This document shows, piece by piece, positions 14,583 to 28,140 of a DNA stretch of 64,000 nt. The position numbers were made by a program, and so were the translations under genes. The DNA comes from the human T2T-CHM13v2.0 reference genome, Homo sapiens: assembly GCF_009914755.1 (NCBI RefSeq), contig NC_060929.1; one strand, written 5' to 3'. Position 1 is the first letter of the stretch, and each line of letters starts with the position of its first letter. A model generated the notes under the pieces. The model had not been told where the DNA came from and made no database searches. It was given only the letters and a program-made list of their open reading frames with translations.

Positions 14583-17356
14583 CTAGTTGTTTTATAAGTT
14601 CTTTGTTTCTTTCTTTTCCTCTGGCTGTTTGTCATTGTGGTTTGGCTGAATTCTGTAGCAGTGCCATTTGATTCCTTTCTCTTCGTCTGTGATTGCTTTA
14701 TGAGTGAGTTTTATATATACTTTTGTGTGTTTCCATAATGGTGAATGTCGTCTTTTCACTTCCAAGTTAGGGCTTCCTTGAGCAGTTCTTGTGGGACTAG
14801 TGGTGATGAATTCCCTCAGATCGGCTTTTCTGGGAAAGACTTTATTTCTCCTTCATTTATGAAGGTTAGTCTTGCTGGATATCAAATTGTTGGCCGAAAG
14901 TTTTTTTCTTGCAGCAGTTTGAATATGTCACCTTATTCTCTTCTGGCCTGCAAGGTTTTTGCTGAGAACTCCACTCTTAGTCTGATGAAGTTTCCTTTAT
15001 AGGTGACTAGATGCTTTTCTCTTGATTTTAGAATTTGCTCTTTCACTTTGACTTTGGACTGATTCATGGTGCACTGTGGTAGTGTCTTTTTTGCACGATG
15101 TTTTCCTGGGGATTGCTGAGCCTCCTGTGTCTGGATGCTTAGATCTCTTGCTAAACTTGGCAGGTTTTCATATATTACTTCATTAAATAGGTTTTCTAAG
15201 CCTCTCAATATCTCTTCATCCTCAGGAAGACCAATAACTTGTAAATTCAGTCGCTGTATGTAGTCCCAGGTATCTCACAGGCTTTGCTCATTCTTTCTCA
15301 TTCTTTTTGCTTTGTTTTTGTTTGATTGGATAGTTTCAAAAAGCCTGTCTTTTAAGTTCTGAAATTCTTTCTTCTGCTTGGTCTAGTCTATTGTTGGAGC
15401 TTTCAAATGTATTTTGTATTTCTGTTTTTTTTTAAAAAATGTATCTATCTCCTTGGTAAATATCTCATTCATATTCTGAATTAATCTTCTGAGTTCTTTG
15501 TATTGATTTTCAGATTCCTCACACATCTCATTGAACTTCTTTAAAATCAATATTTTGAATTCTTTATCTGGGATTTTGAGGATTTCTTTTGGTTGAGATT
15601 TATCTACTGCTGGAGAATTGTGTTTCTCTGGGATTGTCATATTACCCTGCTTTTTCATGTTTCTTGTGTCTTTATGTTGCTTTCTGCACATCTGGTGTAA
15701 TAGTTGCTTTTTCTTGTTTTGGGGTTTACTTTTGTTGTTGGGGGGCACCTTTTACTGGAGATGTGACTGGGATGTTGGTTGGGTAGGGCCCTTTGGATTT
15801 ACTTCTGAGGCATGCAGCAGTGAAGCCTCTGTATGTTTTATTTGGCTATTAGCAGTGTTAGTGGTATCTGCGGCTTCCTTGGTTAGGGTGCAGTTATTGG
15901 TGGCGGCTGTGGTGAAGTTGTGCTGGGGACTGGGATGCTGGGTGGGCCCATCTTCAGGCTTCAGTGGTAGCAGCTGTGGGTTAACCATGTCTATCCTTGT
16001 GCCCCAGGGTGGCACACACTGGCACCTGTGTTGGCAGTACCAGGCAGGCTGATTCTTGGGCCTCTGGGTGGCTTTCTCAGAAGCTAGTTGTAGTAGCAGT
16101 GTACCATGCGAGTGAGCAGGCTTCCTAGTTTTTGGGCAGCCAGAGTGGTGTGGGCAATGGTGGTGGCAGTGGTGGTGAGATGCACTTTTGGGTCCCAAGC
16201 TCTGTGTGCATGTGTTGGCAGTGGTTGCAATCGGCTGTGCTGGCCAGCCTCCAGACCAGCAGCTGGCACTTGCAGGTAGGTGCCAGCTGAGGTGGTAGTG
16301 GCAGGGTGTCCCCTGGGAGAAGGGCTCAGTGTCCCAGGTGGTGGACTGTGTTGTGGGTCCTCCAGGTCGCTGGATCCCACACTCTGTCTTGTGGGCAGGC
16401 TGGGGAAGGGGGATGCTGGGCAGAGCTGGACCAGGCAAGCTTGCTCTAGCCCCCTGAGTGCATGCACCAACTGTGACAGGTGCCACTGGGTGATTTTCAG
16501 GGCCCATGGCAGAATGCCTGGATGAGGGGCAGCTGCCACAGGGAGGGTGGGGCCAGTCCTAGCAGCCAGAGCCTTGGCCATGGATGGAAGACCTGCATCC
16601 CTTTCATGCCCCAATCCCCATGTGGCATGCTCCCCCATCCTGGCTGTTGGAGACAAAAGCTGTTCCATCAGCCTTGGCAGTTTGTGCCTGGCCCGCAACT
16701 CAGCTCCAGGCTGTAGGCCCTGCACAGCTCAAGACCAGGCCCCCATGGCAACTCTCATCTTGCTCAAGTCCTGGGGGTGGTGCCTGCTTCCAGTGCTGGG
16801 AGCTGCAGCCCATGCTACACTTGCCTCTTAGTCCTGGTCCACTCTCACACCTCAGTTCCGCAAGCAGCAGTCCAAGTCCAAGTTTCCCTAATGCCTCGGA
16901 CTGGCACTGCTTGTACCAGGAACATGCACCGTCTGCTAAGAACTAGGATGGAGAATGGTGTCTTGCTCTAGCTGCTTAAATTTCAGAAAGGGTATGAGAC
17001 CCAGGGCATGTTCCCTCCTGGAGCACTTCCTTCTCAGTCTCCCTAAATCCGATGCAGATTTAGTCTCCTGTGTCAGGGACTGCATGATTCTCCAGTGGGA
17101 AAGTGGACTGCGGGAAGACCCACCCTCACCCTCTCATACTGGGGAGTCACTCCCAGTTCCCAGCCACTCTTGGCCACACATCCTGCCTGTTTTCCTTCTT
17201 CCTAAGTTTTGCTGTTTCCTGTCACTTTCCTGCTGAACTCCCATGTTGTCTCTTGGAAAATAGATTCAAAGTGTGATCATCGACACATTATTTTGGTTCT
17301 TCTAAGTGGATGAGGTGTGCTTGAAATGCTTCTAGTCAACCACCTTTTAAAAAAAG

Positions 17357-17950
17357 CCTTTGCCCATTTTAAAATTGGGTTGTCTTTTTGTTGTTGAATT
17401 GTAAGAGTTCTTTGTCTATGCTGGACACTAGACCCTTATCAGATAACATGATTTGTAAATGTTTATTGCCATTCTGTGGGTTGCCTCTTCACTTTCTTGG
17501 TAGTGTCTTGTGACACAAAAATTTTTAGTTTTGATGAAGTCCAATTTATCAATTTTTTTCTCTTATTACCCGTGCTTTTTGTGACAAATCTAAGAATCCA
17601 TTGCCACATTTAAGGTCATTATCCAATCAAAGCCATTAAAGATGAATTCTTATGTATTCTTCGGAGTGTTATATTTTTAGCTCTTACATTAAAGTCTTTA
17701 GTCAATTTTAGGTTAATTTTTTTCACATTGTGTGAGGTAGGGATCCAACCTCATTCTTTGGTGTGTGGCTTTGTTTTTTTTTCCTCTTAGAGACAAGGCC
17801 TTGCTTGCTACCTTGCTCAGGCTGGCCAGTTATCTCAACACCATTTGTTGAAGAGATTGTTCTTTCCCTGCTGAACAGCCTTGGTGCCCTTGTGGAAAAT
17901 CAATTGGTCATTGGTCATAATCAATTAGTATCTCTATTCTTATGCCACAG
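17357..17950 (-). mobile_element. Continuation of old L1MB-like element
   Basis: Resumes the L1 ORF2-end sequence (TTGCCCATTTT...GAGTTCTTTG...TTTTGATGAAGTCCAATTTATC) interrupted at ~8123. Confidence 0.78.
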
Positions 17951-18181
17951 TTTCTTTCTTTTTAATGTTTTTTTTTAAAGCCAAACATTTTATTATGGCA
18001 CTTTTGAAATATTTTACAAAAATAGAGAAAATTATACAAAGAGCTCAATTTTTTCATCAGCTAGCATAGGTAATCAACTATCAATATTGGCTGATCCAGT
18101 TTCATTTAAAGTCCAGCCTGCCAACCCCAGCCCACTTAGACTCCACTGTCCTCCCCACTTTATAGAGAAGCAAATCCCTAA

Positions 18182-18480
<299 letters not shown>

Positions 18481-19449
18481 GTTTTATATTTTAAATTTTT
18501 TTTTATTTGAATTGAGAAACTTTAATGTTAGGAAGTCTAGATAGCAACAGTGATGCAGCTATGGAGGGGAGAGGAGAACTCTGGATGGTGCTCCGGGGCT
18601 GCGGGAGGCCCCTAAGGAGTGCGCTTGGAAGGGGGCTCCCTTCCCAAAGCTGGGGCTCGGGCCTCATTGGAGGAGGTGTAGGTTCCGTCCCCTGGAGGGC
18701 AGAGAAGTTTGCTGAGTTGCCCTGTCTATGGCAGTGGTGAGCAGGAACACGAAAAAATAGGAAGCACTGGAACCAGGAGAGGCTCCTTCTTCCTGCTGGG
18801 CTCCTCTAGGACCGTATTCAGGCCAGTGCAACATCATGCCCTCTATAGGAAGAAATGCTGAAAGACTGCGGCTTATTAATGCAGATCAGGCAGGATGGAG
18901 AGTCTGGAGCCTACAGGCAACAAACAGGTAGCTGGCACAGCTTCTGAGTACTGTCACCTCACTTTGCGAATACATGTCTCCCCTCCCGGGTCTGTGTAGC
19001 CGCCATATACTTGATGTCCACGTTTGTTGTGAACCCCACAACACACTGTTGTTATTGCTTAGTCACTTATCTTTTAAAGATATCTAAGCAATAAGAACAA
19101 ATTATGCATATTTCACCCTCTAGTAGTCAGTTCTTGCGCTTTTTGTGCCATGTTGTAGACCCATACTACAATCTGGTATCATTTTCCTTTGGCCTGTAAT
19201 GTTTCTTATAGTGTGGGTCAGCTAGTGATGATTTCTTTCAGTTTTTGTGCATCTGAAAGCTCTTTATTTCACCTTCACTTGTGAATGATGTTTTCATAAG
19301 ATGTAGAATTCTAGGTTTCAGGGTTTTTTCTTTCAGCTTTAAAGATGTTGCTCCACTACCTTCTTGTTTCTGATGAGGAATCTGCTGTCATCTTATTTTT
19401 GATCCTTTGTACCCAGTGCCTATTTTCTCTGGCTTTTAATATTATTCTA

Positions 19450-19585
19450 GGCCAGGTACGTGGCTCATGCCTGTAATCCCAGCACTCTGGGAGGCCAAGG
19501 TGGGTGAATTGCTTGAACCCAGGAGTTCAAGGCCAGACTGGGCAACATGATGAAACCCCATCTCTACAAAAAATACAAAAATAAA
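19450..19585 (+). mobile_element. Alu left monomer
   Basis: GGCCAGGTACGTGGCTCATGCCTGTAATCCC...TCTCTACAAAAAATACAAAA. Confidence 0.87.
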
Positions 19586-20007
19586 TATTATTCTACTTAT
19601 TACTGGTTATGAGCAATTTGATTATGATATGCCTTGGTGTAATTTTCCTGTTTCTTGTGCTTGGAGCTCACTGAGCTTCTTGGGTCTGTAGGTTTACAAT
19701 TCTCATTACATTTGGAAAAAATTTCTGCTGTTTCTTACATTTTCTCCTAACTCCTTTCCCCTCCTATTCATTAGGGGTCCAGTTACACATATATTAGGTC
19801 TCTTGAAATACCTATTTTATTTTTATTGGGGTGCTATTGTAAATGATACTAGTTTTTAAAAATCTGAATTCCAGTTGTTCATTGCTAGTATCTAGAAACA
19901 CAATTTATTTTTGTATGTTATTATCCTTTTACTGTGTGACCTTGCTGGTCTCAGTAATTAGTTATAGGTAATTGGTTTTAGTAAAATTTTTGGAATTCTC
20001 TCTCTCT

Positions 20008-20385
<378 letters not shown>

Positions 20386-21183
20386 TGACTTTTATTTATT
20401 TCCCAGTTTTGAGACTTTTACTTACTTTACTGACTTATTGCCCTGGCTAGTACACAAATAATTTTAGTGGGAATGGGGGTACACCACAGCTTTGCCTTGT
20501 TCATGGTCTTGGGGGGAAGCATTTAGTCTTTCACCATTAGCTGTGATGTTAGCTATAGGCTTTTGTAGATGTTCTTTATCACGTTAATTAAGTTTCCTTC
20601 TGTTCCTAGTTTGATGAGAGGTTTTTTTGGAAAAATTGTTATGAATGGATTTGGATTTTGTCAAATGCTTTTCTGAAAGATTGAGATGATGATGTGCATT
20701 TTCTTTTTAGTTTATTATTATAGTGAATTACAGTGATTGGTGTTTGGATGTTGAAGCTGCCCTGAATTCCTTGGATAAATCCCACTTAGCTGTGATGTAT
20801 CATCCTTTTTATATATTGGTGGATTCTATTTGCCAATACCTATATTTAAGTGAGGATTTTTGTGTCTATGTTCATGTGGGATGCTGGTCTTTAGTTTTCT
20901 TTTCGTGCAATGCCTTTGGTGTGGCATCAGAGTAATGCTGAATTCGTAAATAAGTCGACAATTTTAAATTTTTTCTTTGATATTTTTTGCCAAGAGAGAA
21001 TTGGTATTATTTCTTTACATTGGTAGATATACCAGTGAAACCATTTAGACCTGGGTTTTTTGATGTTGTTGGAATAGATATAGAGCTATCCAGATTATCT
21101 GTTTTTTCTTGAGTTTTGATAGATTGTGCCTTTCTAGGAATTCCTCTATTTCATCTAAATCGTTGAATTTTTGGGATAGTATT

Positions 21184-21548
21184 TGTCTTACTCTGCTTGG
21201 GCTGCCATAACAAACTACCATAGACTGGATAGCTTAAACAACAGAAATTTATTTCACACTGTTCTGGAGGCTGGGAAGTCCAAGATCAAGGTGCTGGCTG
21301 ATTTGGTTTCTGGTGAGGCCTCTCTTCCTGCCTTACAGATGGCTGCCTTGTTGCTGCATCCTCACATGGTGGAGAGAGAGAGCTCTGATGTTGCTTCTCT
21401 TTTTATAGGGCACCAGTTCTACAGGATTAGGGCTCCAGCCTTATTACCTTAATCACCTATGAGGGTAGGGGCTCTATCTCCAATACAGTCACATGGAGAG
21501 TTAGGGCTCAACATAGGAATTTTGGGTGGACGCAATTATGTTCACAGC

Positions 21549-21549
<1 letters not shown>
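21184..21549 (-). mobile_element. MLT1 (MaLR) solo LTR
   Basis: TGTCTTA...GGGCTGCCATAACAAACTACCATAGACTGG...CTGGAGGCTGGGAAGTCCAAGATCAAGG...ACAGCA. Confidence 0.85.
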
Positions 21550-22243
<694 letters not shown>

Positions 22244-22462
22244 TCAGCTCTATAATTTTTCTTTTAATGTCTGTGGGATCTGCAGTGATGTCCTCTCTTT
22301 CATTCCTGATATTGGCAATTTGTGTCTTCTCTGTTTCTTGATCAGTATGGCTAGAAGTTTATCAGTTTTGTTGATTTTTTTCAAAGAACCAACTTTTGGT
22401 TTAATCCCTTTCCTTCCCCTCCCCTCCCCTCCCCTCCTTTCCTTTCCTTTCCTTTTCCTTCT

Positions 22463-22613
22463 TTTTTTTTTTTTGACAGAGCCTCACTCTGTCGCCCAGG
22501 CTGGAGTGCAGCGGTGTTGGCTCACTGCAACCTCCATCTTCCAGGCTCAAGCAATTCTCCTGCCTCAGTCTCCAGAGTAGCTGGGATTATAGGCATGAGC
22601 CACCACGCCCTGC
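22463..22613 (-). mobile_element. Partial Alu (right arm)
   Basis: TTTTGACAGAGCCTCACTCTGTCGCCCAGGCTGG...GAGCCACCACGCCC. Confidence 0.87.
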
Positions 22614-23535
22614 CAATTTTTCTTTATTTTTATGTTTTATCTCTTATCGACTTATTTTTATTATTTCCATTCTTCTGTTCAATTTGGGTTTATCTTCTCT
22701 TCTAGTTACTTGTTAGAAGCTTAGATCTTATTTTAGACCTTTTATTTTCTCAAATATAAGCACTTAATGCTATCAGTTTCCATCAAAGTACTGGTTAGCT
22801 GCATCCCACAAAGTCTGATATGTTTGCATTTTCATTTTTGTTTAGTTCAAAATATTTTTAAATTTCTTTGTGAATCAAAGAGGCATCTTTGATCCTTGCT
22901 TATTTAAAAGTGGGTTGCTTTCCAAATATTTGGAAAATTTCTAGATATCTTTATAGTTTAATTCCATTATGTCAAATAACATACTTTGATTTCTGTTTTT
23001 AAAAAAAATGTTAAGGATAGTTTTAAGTCCCAGAATATGGTCTGTCTTGGCGAATGTTACATGTGTAAAAACCAGATACTCTTCGGTTGTTGGATGGAGT
23101 GTTTTATAAATTTCCATTAATTCAAGTCTGTTGTCGTTTGGATATTCTGTATCCTTACTGATTTTATTTACTTGTTCTATTGATCACTGAGATAGGAATG
23201 TTAATGTCTCCCATGAATTATCCTTTTTGATTTTATTAGTTTTTGCTTCATGTGTTTTGAAGCTCCATTGCTAGGTACATTTACCTTTAGGATTGTCAGA
23301 TCTTCTTGGAAAATTGACCTCTTTATTATTAAAGAATATACCTTTTTGTCTCTGGTGATATTCCTTGTTCTGAAGTCTTCTTTGTCTGGGACTCATACAG
23401 CTGCTTCATTTGATTAACGTTTGCATGTTGTATCTTTTTCTATCCATTTACTTTATCTACCTAAGTCTTTACAGTCCAAGTGGATCCATGACACATTTCT
23501 GACATTTTTATGGCACTTTCCACACAAGGTGGATA

Positions 23536-23544
23536 TTGCGTGAG
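23536..23544 (+). promoter_or_regulatory. Consensus XRE (TTGCGTGAG)
   Basis: Perfect TNGCGTG in unique sequence ~1.3 kb upstream of exon 2; function untested. Confidence 0.4.
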
Positions 23545-24066
23545 TCTGCCTCCTCTTCCAGGCTACACTCACTTCAGGTCAGGTGAGGGCTCCTTAACTT
23601 CCTCCCCAAGGCTTCTGGCCCAGAGCCTGGCACGGGATGGTTACTGCACACAGGTCTGCAGAACGTTTGTGAGGGCTCAGCTGCACCCATTGCAAGGAAA
23701 ATCAAGATTCTGTGAGAAGAAGGGTGATGCCCTCTCTGAGGTGGGTGGCAGGCAAGCTGACCAGCCTGGGCACAGATACTGGGCTGCTCCTCAGGGGCCC
23801 CGCTGGGAGGCACATGCCTGTGTCCAGCACTGTTGGTGGCAGCTGGTGGGTGTAGTCAGCTGGACTCAGGGCGCTGTGAGCTAGTGACTTAAGTGGAATC
23901 CCAGGACTGTAGAGTGGAGTAGAATTTTACATAGAAAAGAGGAAGCCTGTTGGCCCAAAGCACAAGGCTATCAAGGGCAGAGATGAGAAGAGCAAGACCT
24001 GCCACAAACCGCACAGGGAGATCACACCACAGAGAGGAGATTATGCTGTTGCCCTGCATGCGCTCT

Positions 24067-24461
24067 TGGGGGTGATGGGATCATGTGGCCCCGTGTGTCC
24101 TCTCGGAGTGACAGGAACATGGGACCTGAGTACCCTCTCAGAGGTGACAGAAACACGGGACCCCACATACCTTCTCGGGGTGACAGGAACACGGGACCCC
24201 ACATACCTTTTCGGGGTGACGTGAACACAGAACCCCACATACCCTCTCAGGGGTGACAGGAACGTGGGACCCCACGTACCTTCTCGGGGTGATGGGAACA
24301 CGGGACCCGCGTACCCTCTTGGGGGTGACGGGAACACGGGACCCCACATACCTTCTCGGGGGTGACGGGAACACGGGACCCCGCGTACCTTCTCGGGGGT
24401 GACGGGAACACGGGACCCCGCGTACCTTCTCGGGGGTGACGGGAACACGGGATCCCGCGTG
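24067..24461. repeat. Minisatellite, ~11 copies of a 36-37-bp unit (GGGGTGACGGGAACACGGGACCCCGCGTACCTTCTC)
   Basis: GTGA-anchored units recur every 36-37 bp. Confidence 0.93.
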
Positions 24462-25330
24462 ACGAGTGTTTGGAGGCTGCAGGCTGCCCAGGCCTTGGCT
24501 GCGCCCCGCCCCGCCCGTTCCTGGCTTCCTCGATGGCTTCCTCCTCAGGACGCCGGTCTCCCGCCACGGCGCCCTGAGCCAGGCTCCAGAGCAGGCGGCT
24601 TCTCTGGGGGAGGCCGGGACCCGCCTGACACCGAGGGGAGGCCCAGGCGTGACCCGGCCCCGGTGGCTCCTCGGTGCGGGGTGCTGGAGAGCAGGGGTCC
24701 CGGGCCAGGGGGTCCCACGAGGAGGAGCAGGAGGCGGGGGCCTCGCGGGGTCGCGGGTGTGGGGGCGCCAGGACCGCGCTGAGGGGCCCGGGGCATCGCG
24801 GCGGGAACAGGGCGCACGTGGCGCGTTCCGGTGACCGGGTGCCCCCTTGTCTTCCAGGCCGAGGACGATGATCCCGCCGGGGGAGTGCACGTACGCGGGC
24901 CGGAAGCGGAGGAGGCCCCTGCAGAAACAGTAAAGTATCCCGCCTTCTGCTTGTGTGGGTTGTTGCACCCATGGAAGGGGAGGGTTGGGGTTTGCCTTGA
25001 AAACGGAGTTTTAGGAACAGGGCGAGCGAGGAAGGCTTCGGGAGCCGGGCGGGCCGGGGCTGAGCTCTGGCGCGGGCGGCGCAGGAGTCGTCTCCCCGCA
25101 GCGCCCCGGTGCCCGGAGCCCCCGGCGAGGCTCGTCCCTGCGCCCTCGGGGCCCTGAGCGGTGGAGCGAGGCGGCGGGCGCCGTGAGGCGCTGAGGCCAA
25201 GGACGCGGGCGGAGCTCCGGGCGGCAGAGGCGGAGGCGGCGGGGCCACGGCAGCTTCCCAGGCTCCGCAGGCGAGACCGCCACCCGCTGGGACGGAGGGT
25301 GTGGCACGGCCGGGTGTGTGCGTGTGTGGC
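24400..25330. promoter_or_regulatory. AHRR: CpG island around exon 2, with XRE cores (24457-24461, 24647-24651) and E-box CACGTG (24815-24820)
   Basis: High CpG density; motifs read directly. Confidence 0.8.
24868..24929 (+). CDS. AHRR: AHRR exon 2 coding part (exon 24858-24929): [20 protein letters not shown](Q), includes basic NLS
   Basis: Acceptor CTTGTCTTCCAG|GCC at 24857/8; ACGATGA start with A at -3; donor CA|GTAAAG at 24929/30; phase 2 matches exon 3. Confidence 0.95.
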
Positions 25331-28140
25331 GAGGCTATGCGAGGCTGTGTGTCTGCGGGTGGGGGGAGCTGTGTGTGTGTGGGTGTGTGTGTGTGAGGCT
25401 GTGGGGGGCTGTGTGTGGGGTGTGTGTGTGTGAGGCTGTGTGTGCGCGGGGGGAGCTGTGTGTGTGTGTGTGTGTGTGTGTGAGGCTGTGTGTGCGCGGG
25501 GGGAGCTGTGTGTGTGTGGGTGTGTGTGTGAGGCTGTGGGGGGCTGTGTGTGGGGTGTGTGTGTGTGAGGCTGTGTGTGCGCGGGGGGAGCTGTGTGTGT
25601 GTGGGTGTGTGTGTGTGAGGCTGTGGGGGGCTGTGTGTGGGGTGTGTGTGTGTGAGGCTGTGTGTGCGCGGGGGGAGCTGTGTGTGTGTGGGTGTGTGTG
25701 TGTGAGGCTGTGTGTGCGCGGGGGGAGCTGTGTGTGTGGGTGTGTGAGGCTGTGGGGGGCTGTGTGTGGGGTGTGTGTGTGAGGCTGTGTGTGCGCGGGG
25801 GGAGCTGTGTGTGTGGGTGTGTGTGTGTGAGGCTGTGGGGGGCTGTGTGTGGGGTGTGTGTGTGTGAGGCTGTGGGGGGCTGTGTGTGGGGTGTGTGTGT
25901 GTGAGGCTGTGTGTGTGCTGGGGGAGCTGTGTGTGTGTGGGTGTGTGTGTGTGAGGCTGTGGGGGGCTGTGTGTGGGGTGTGTGTGTGTGAGGCTGTGTG
26001 TGCGCGGGGGGAGCTGTGTGTGTGTGGGTGTGTGTGTGTGAGGCTGTGGGGGGCTGTGTGTGTGGGTGTGTGTGTGTGAGGCTGTGTGTGCGCGGGGGGA
26101 GCTGTGTGTGTGTGGGTGTGTGTGTGTGAGGCTGTGGGGGGCTGTGTGTGGGGTGTGTGTGTGTGAGGCTGTGTGTGTGCTGGGGGAGCTGTGTGTGTGT
26201 GGGTGTGTGTGTGTGAGGCTGTGGGGGGCTGTGTGTGGGGTGTGTGTGTGTGAGGCTGTGTGTGCGCGGGGGGAGCTGTGTGTGTGGGTGTGTGTGTGTG
26301 AGGCTGTGGGGGGCTGTGTGTGGGGTGTGTGTGTGTGAGGCTGTGGGGGGGTGTGTGTGTGTGAGGCTGTGTGTGTGCTGGGGGAGCTGTGTGTGTGTGG
26401 GTGTGTGTGTGTGAGGCTGTGGGGGGCTGTGTGTGGGGTGTGTGTGTGTGAGGCTGTGTGTGCGCGGGGGGAGCTGTGTGTGTGGGTGTGTGTGTGAGGC
26501 TGTGGGGGGCTGTGTGTGGGGTGTGTGTGTGTGAGGCTGTGTGTGCGCGGGGGGAGCTGTGTGTGTGTGGGTGTGTGTGTGAGGCTGTGGGGGGCTGTGT
26601 GTGGGGTGTGTGTGTGTGAGGCTGTGTGTGCGCGGGGGGAGCTGTGTGTGTGTGGGTGTGTGTGTGTGAGGCTGTGGGGGGCTGTGTGTGGGGTGTGTGT
26701 GTGTGAGGCTGTGTGTGCGCGGGGGGAGCTGTGTGTGTGTGGGTGTGTGTGTGTGAGGCTGTGGGGGGCTGTGTGTGGGGTGTGTGTGTGTGAGGCTGTG
26801 TGTGCGCGGGGGGAGCTGTGTGTGTGTGGGTGTGTGTGTGAGGCTGTGGGGGGCTGTGTGTGGGGTGTGTGTGTGTGAGGCTGTGTGTGCGCGGGGGGAG
26901 CTGTGTGTGTGTGGGTGTGTGTGTGTGAGGCTGTGGGGGGCTGTGTGTGGGGTGTGTGTGTGTGAGGCTGTGTGTGCGCGGGGGGAGCTGTGTGTGTGTG
27001 GGTGTGTGTGTGTGAGGCTGTGGGGGGCTGTGTGTGGGGTGTGTGTGTGTGAGGCTGTGTGTGCGCGGGGGGAGCTGTGTGTGTGTGGGTGTGTGTGTGA
27101 GGCTGTGGGGGGCTGTGTGTGGGGTGTGTGTGTGTGAGGCTGTGTGTGCGCGGGGGGAGCTGTGTGTGTGTGGGTGTGTGTGTGTGAGGCTGTGGGGGGC
27201 TGTGTGTGGGGTGTGTGTGTGTGAGGCTGTGTGTGCTGGGGGAGCTGTGTGTGTGTGGGTGTGTGTGTGTGAGGCTGTGGGGGGCTGTGTGTGGGGTGTG
27301 TGTGTGTGAGGCTGTGTGTGCGCGGGGGGAGCTGTGTGTGTGTGGGTGTGTGTGTGTGAGGCTGTGGGGGGCTGTGTGTGGGGTGTGTGTGTGTGAGGCT
27401 GTGTGTGCGCGGGGGGAGCTGTGTGTGTGTGGGTGTGTGTGTGAGGCTGTGGGGGGCTGTGTGTGGGGTGTGTGTGTGTGAGGCTGTGTGTGCGCGGGGG
27501 GAGCTGTGTGTGTGTGGGTGTGTGTGTGTGAGGCTGTGGGGGGCTGTGTGTGGGGTGTGTGTGTGTGAGGCTGTGTGTGCGCGGGGGGAGCTGTGTGTGT
27601 GTGGGTGTGTGTGTGTGAGGCTGTGGGGGGCTGTGTGTGGGGTGTGTGTGTGTGAGGCTGTGTGTGCGCGGGGGGAGCTGTGTGTGTGTGTGTGGGTGTG
27701 TGTGTGTGAGGCTGTGGGGGGCTGTGTGTGGGGTGTGTGTGTGTGAGGCTGTGTGTGCGCGGGGGGAGCTGTGTGTGTGTGGGTGTGTGTGTGTGAGGCT
27801 GTGGGGGGCTGTGTGTGGGGTGTGTGTGTGTGAGGCTGTGTGTGTGCGGGGGGAGCTGTGTGTGTGTGGGTGTGTGTGACTGTGCGGGTGTGCGAGGCTG
27901 TGTGAGACTGTGTGTGCGGGTGTGTGTGGGGGACTGTAGGGAGCTGTGTGTGTGGGGTGTGTGAGACTGTGCAGGTGTGCAGGTGTGCGAAGCTGTGTGA
28001 GACTGCGTGTGCAGGTGTGTGTGGAGGGCTGTGGGGAGCTGTGTGTGTGGGGGGTGTGTGTGTGAGGTTGTGGGGGGCTGTGTGGGGTGTGTGTGAGGCT
28101 GTGTGTGGGGAGTGTGAGGCTGTGTGTGTGCGAGGGGGAC
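25314..28140. repeat. GT-rich compound VNTR; core unit 85-87 bp (GAGGCTGTGGGGGGCTGTGTGTGGGG(TG)n GAGGCTGTGTGTGCGCGGGGGGAGC(TG)nGG(TG)n), degenerate at the 3' end
   Basis: Unit starts at 26581, 26668, 26755, 26840, 26927, 27014, 27099. Confidence 0.95.
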
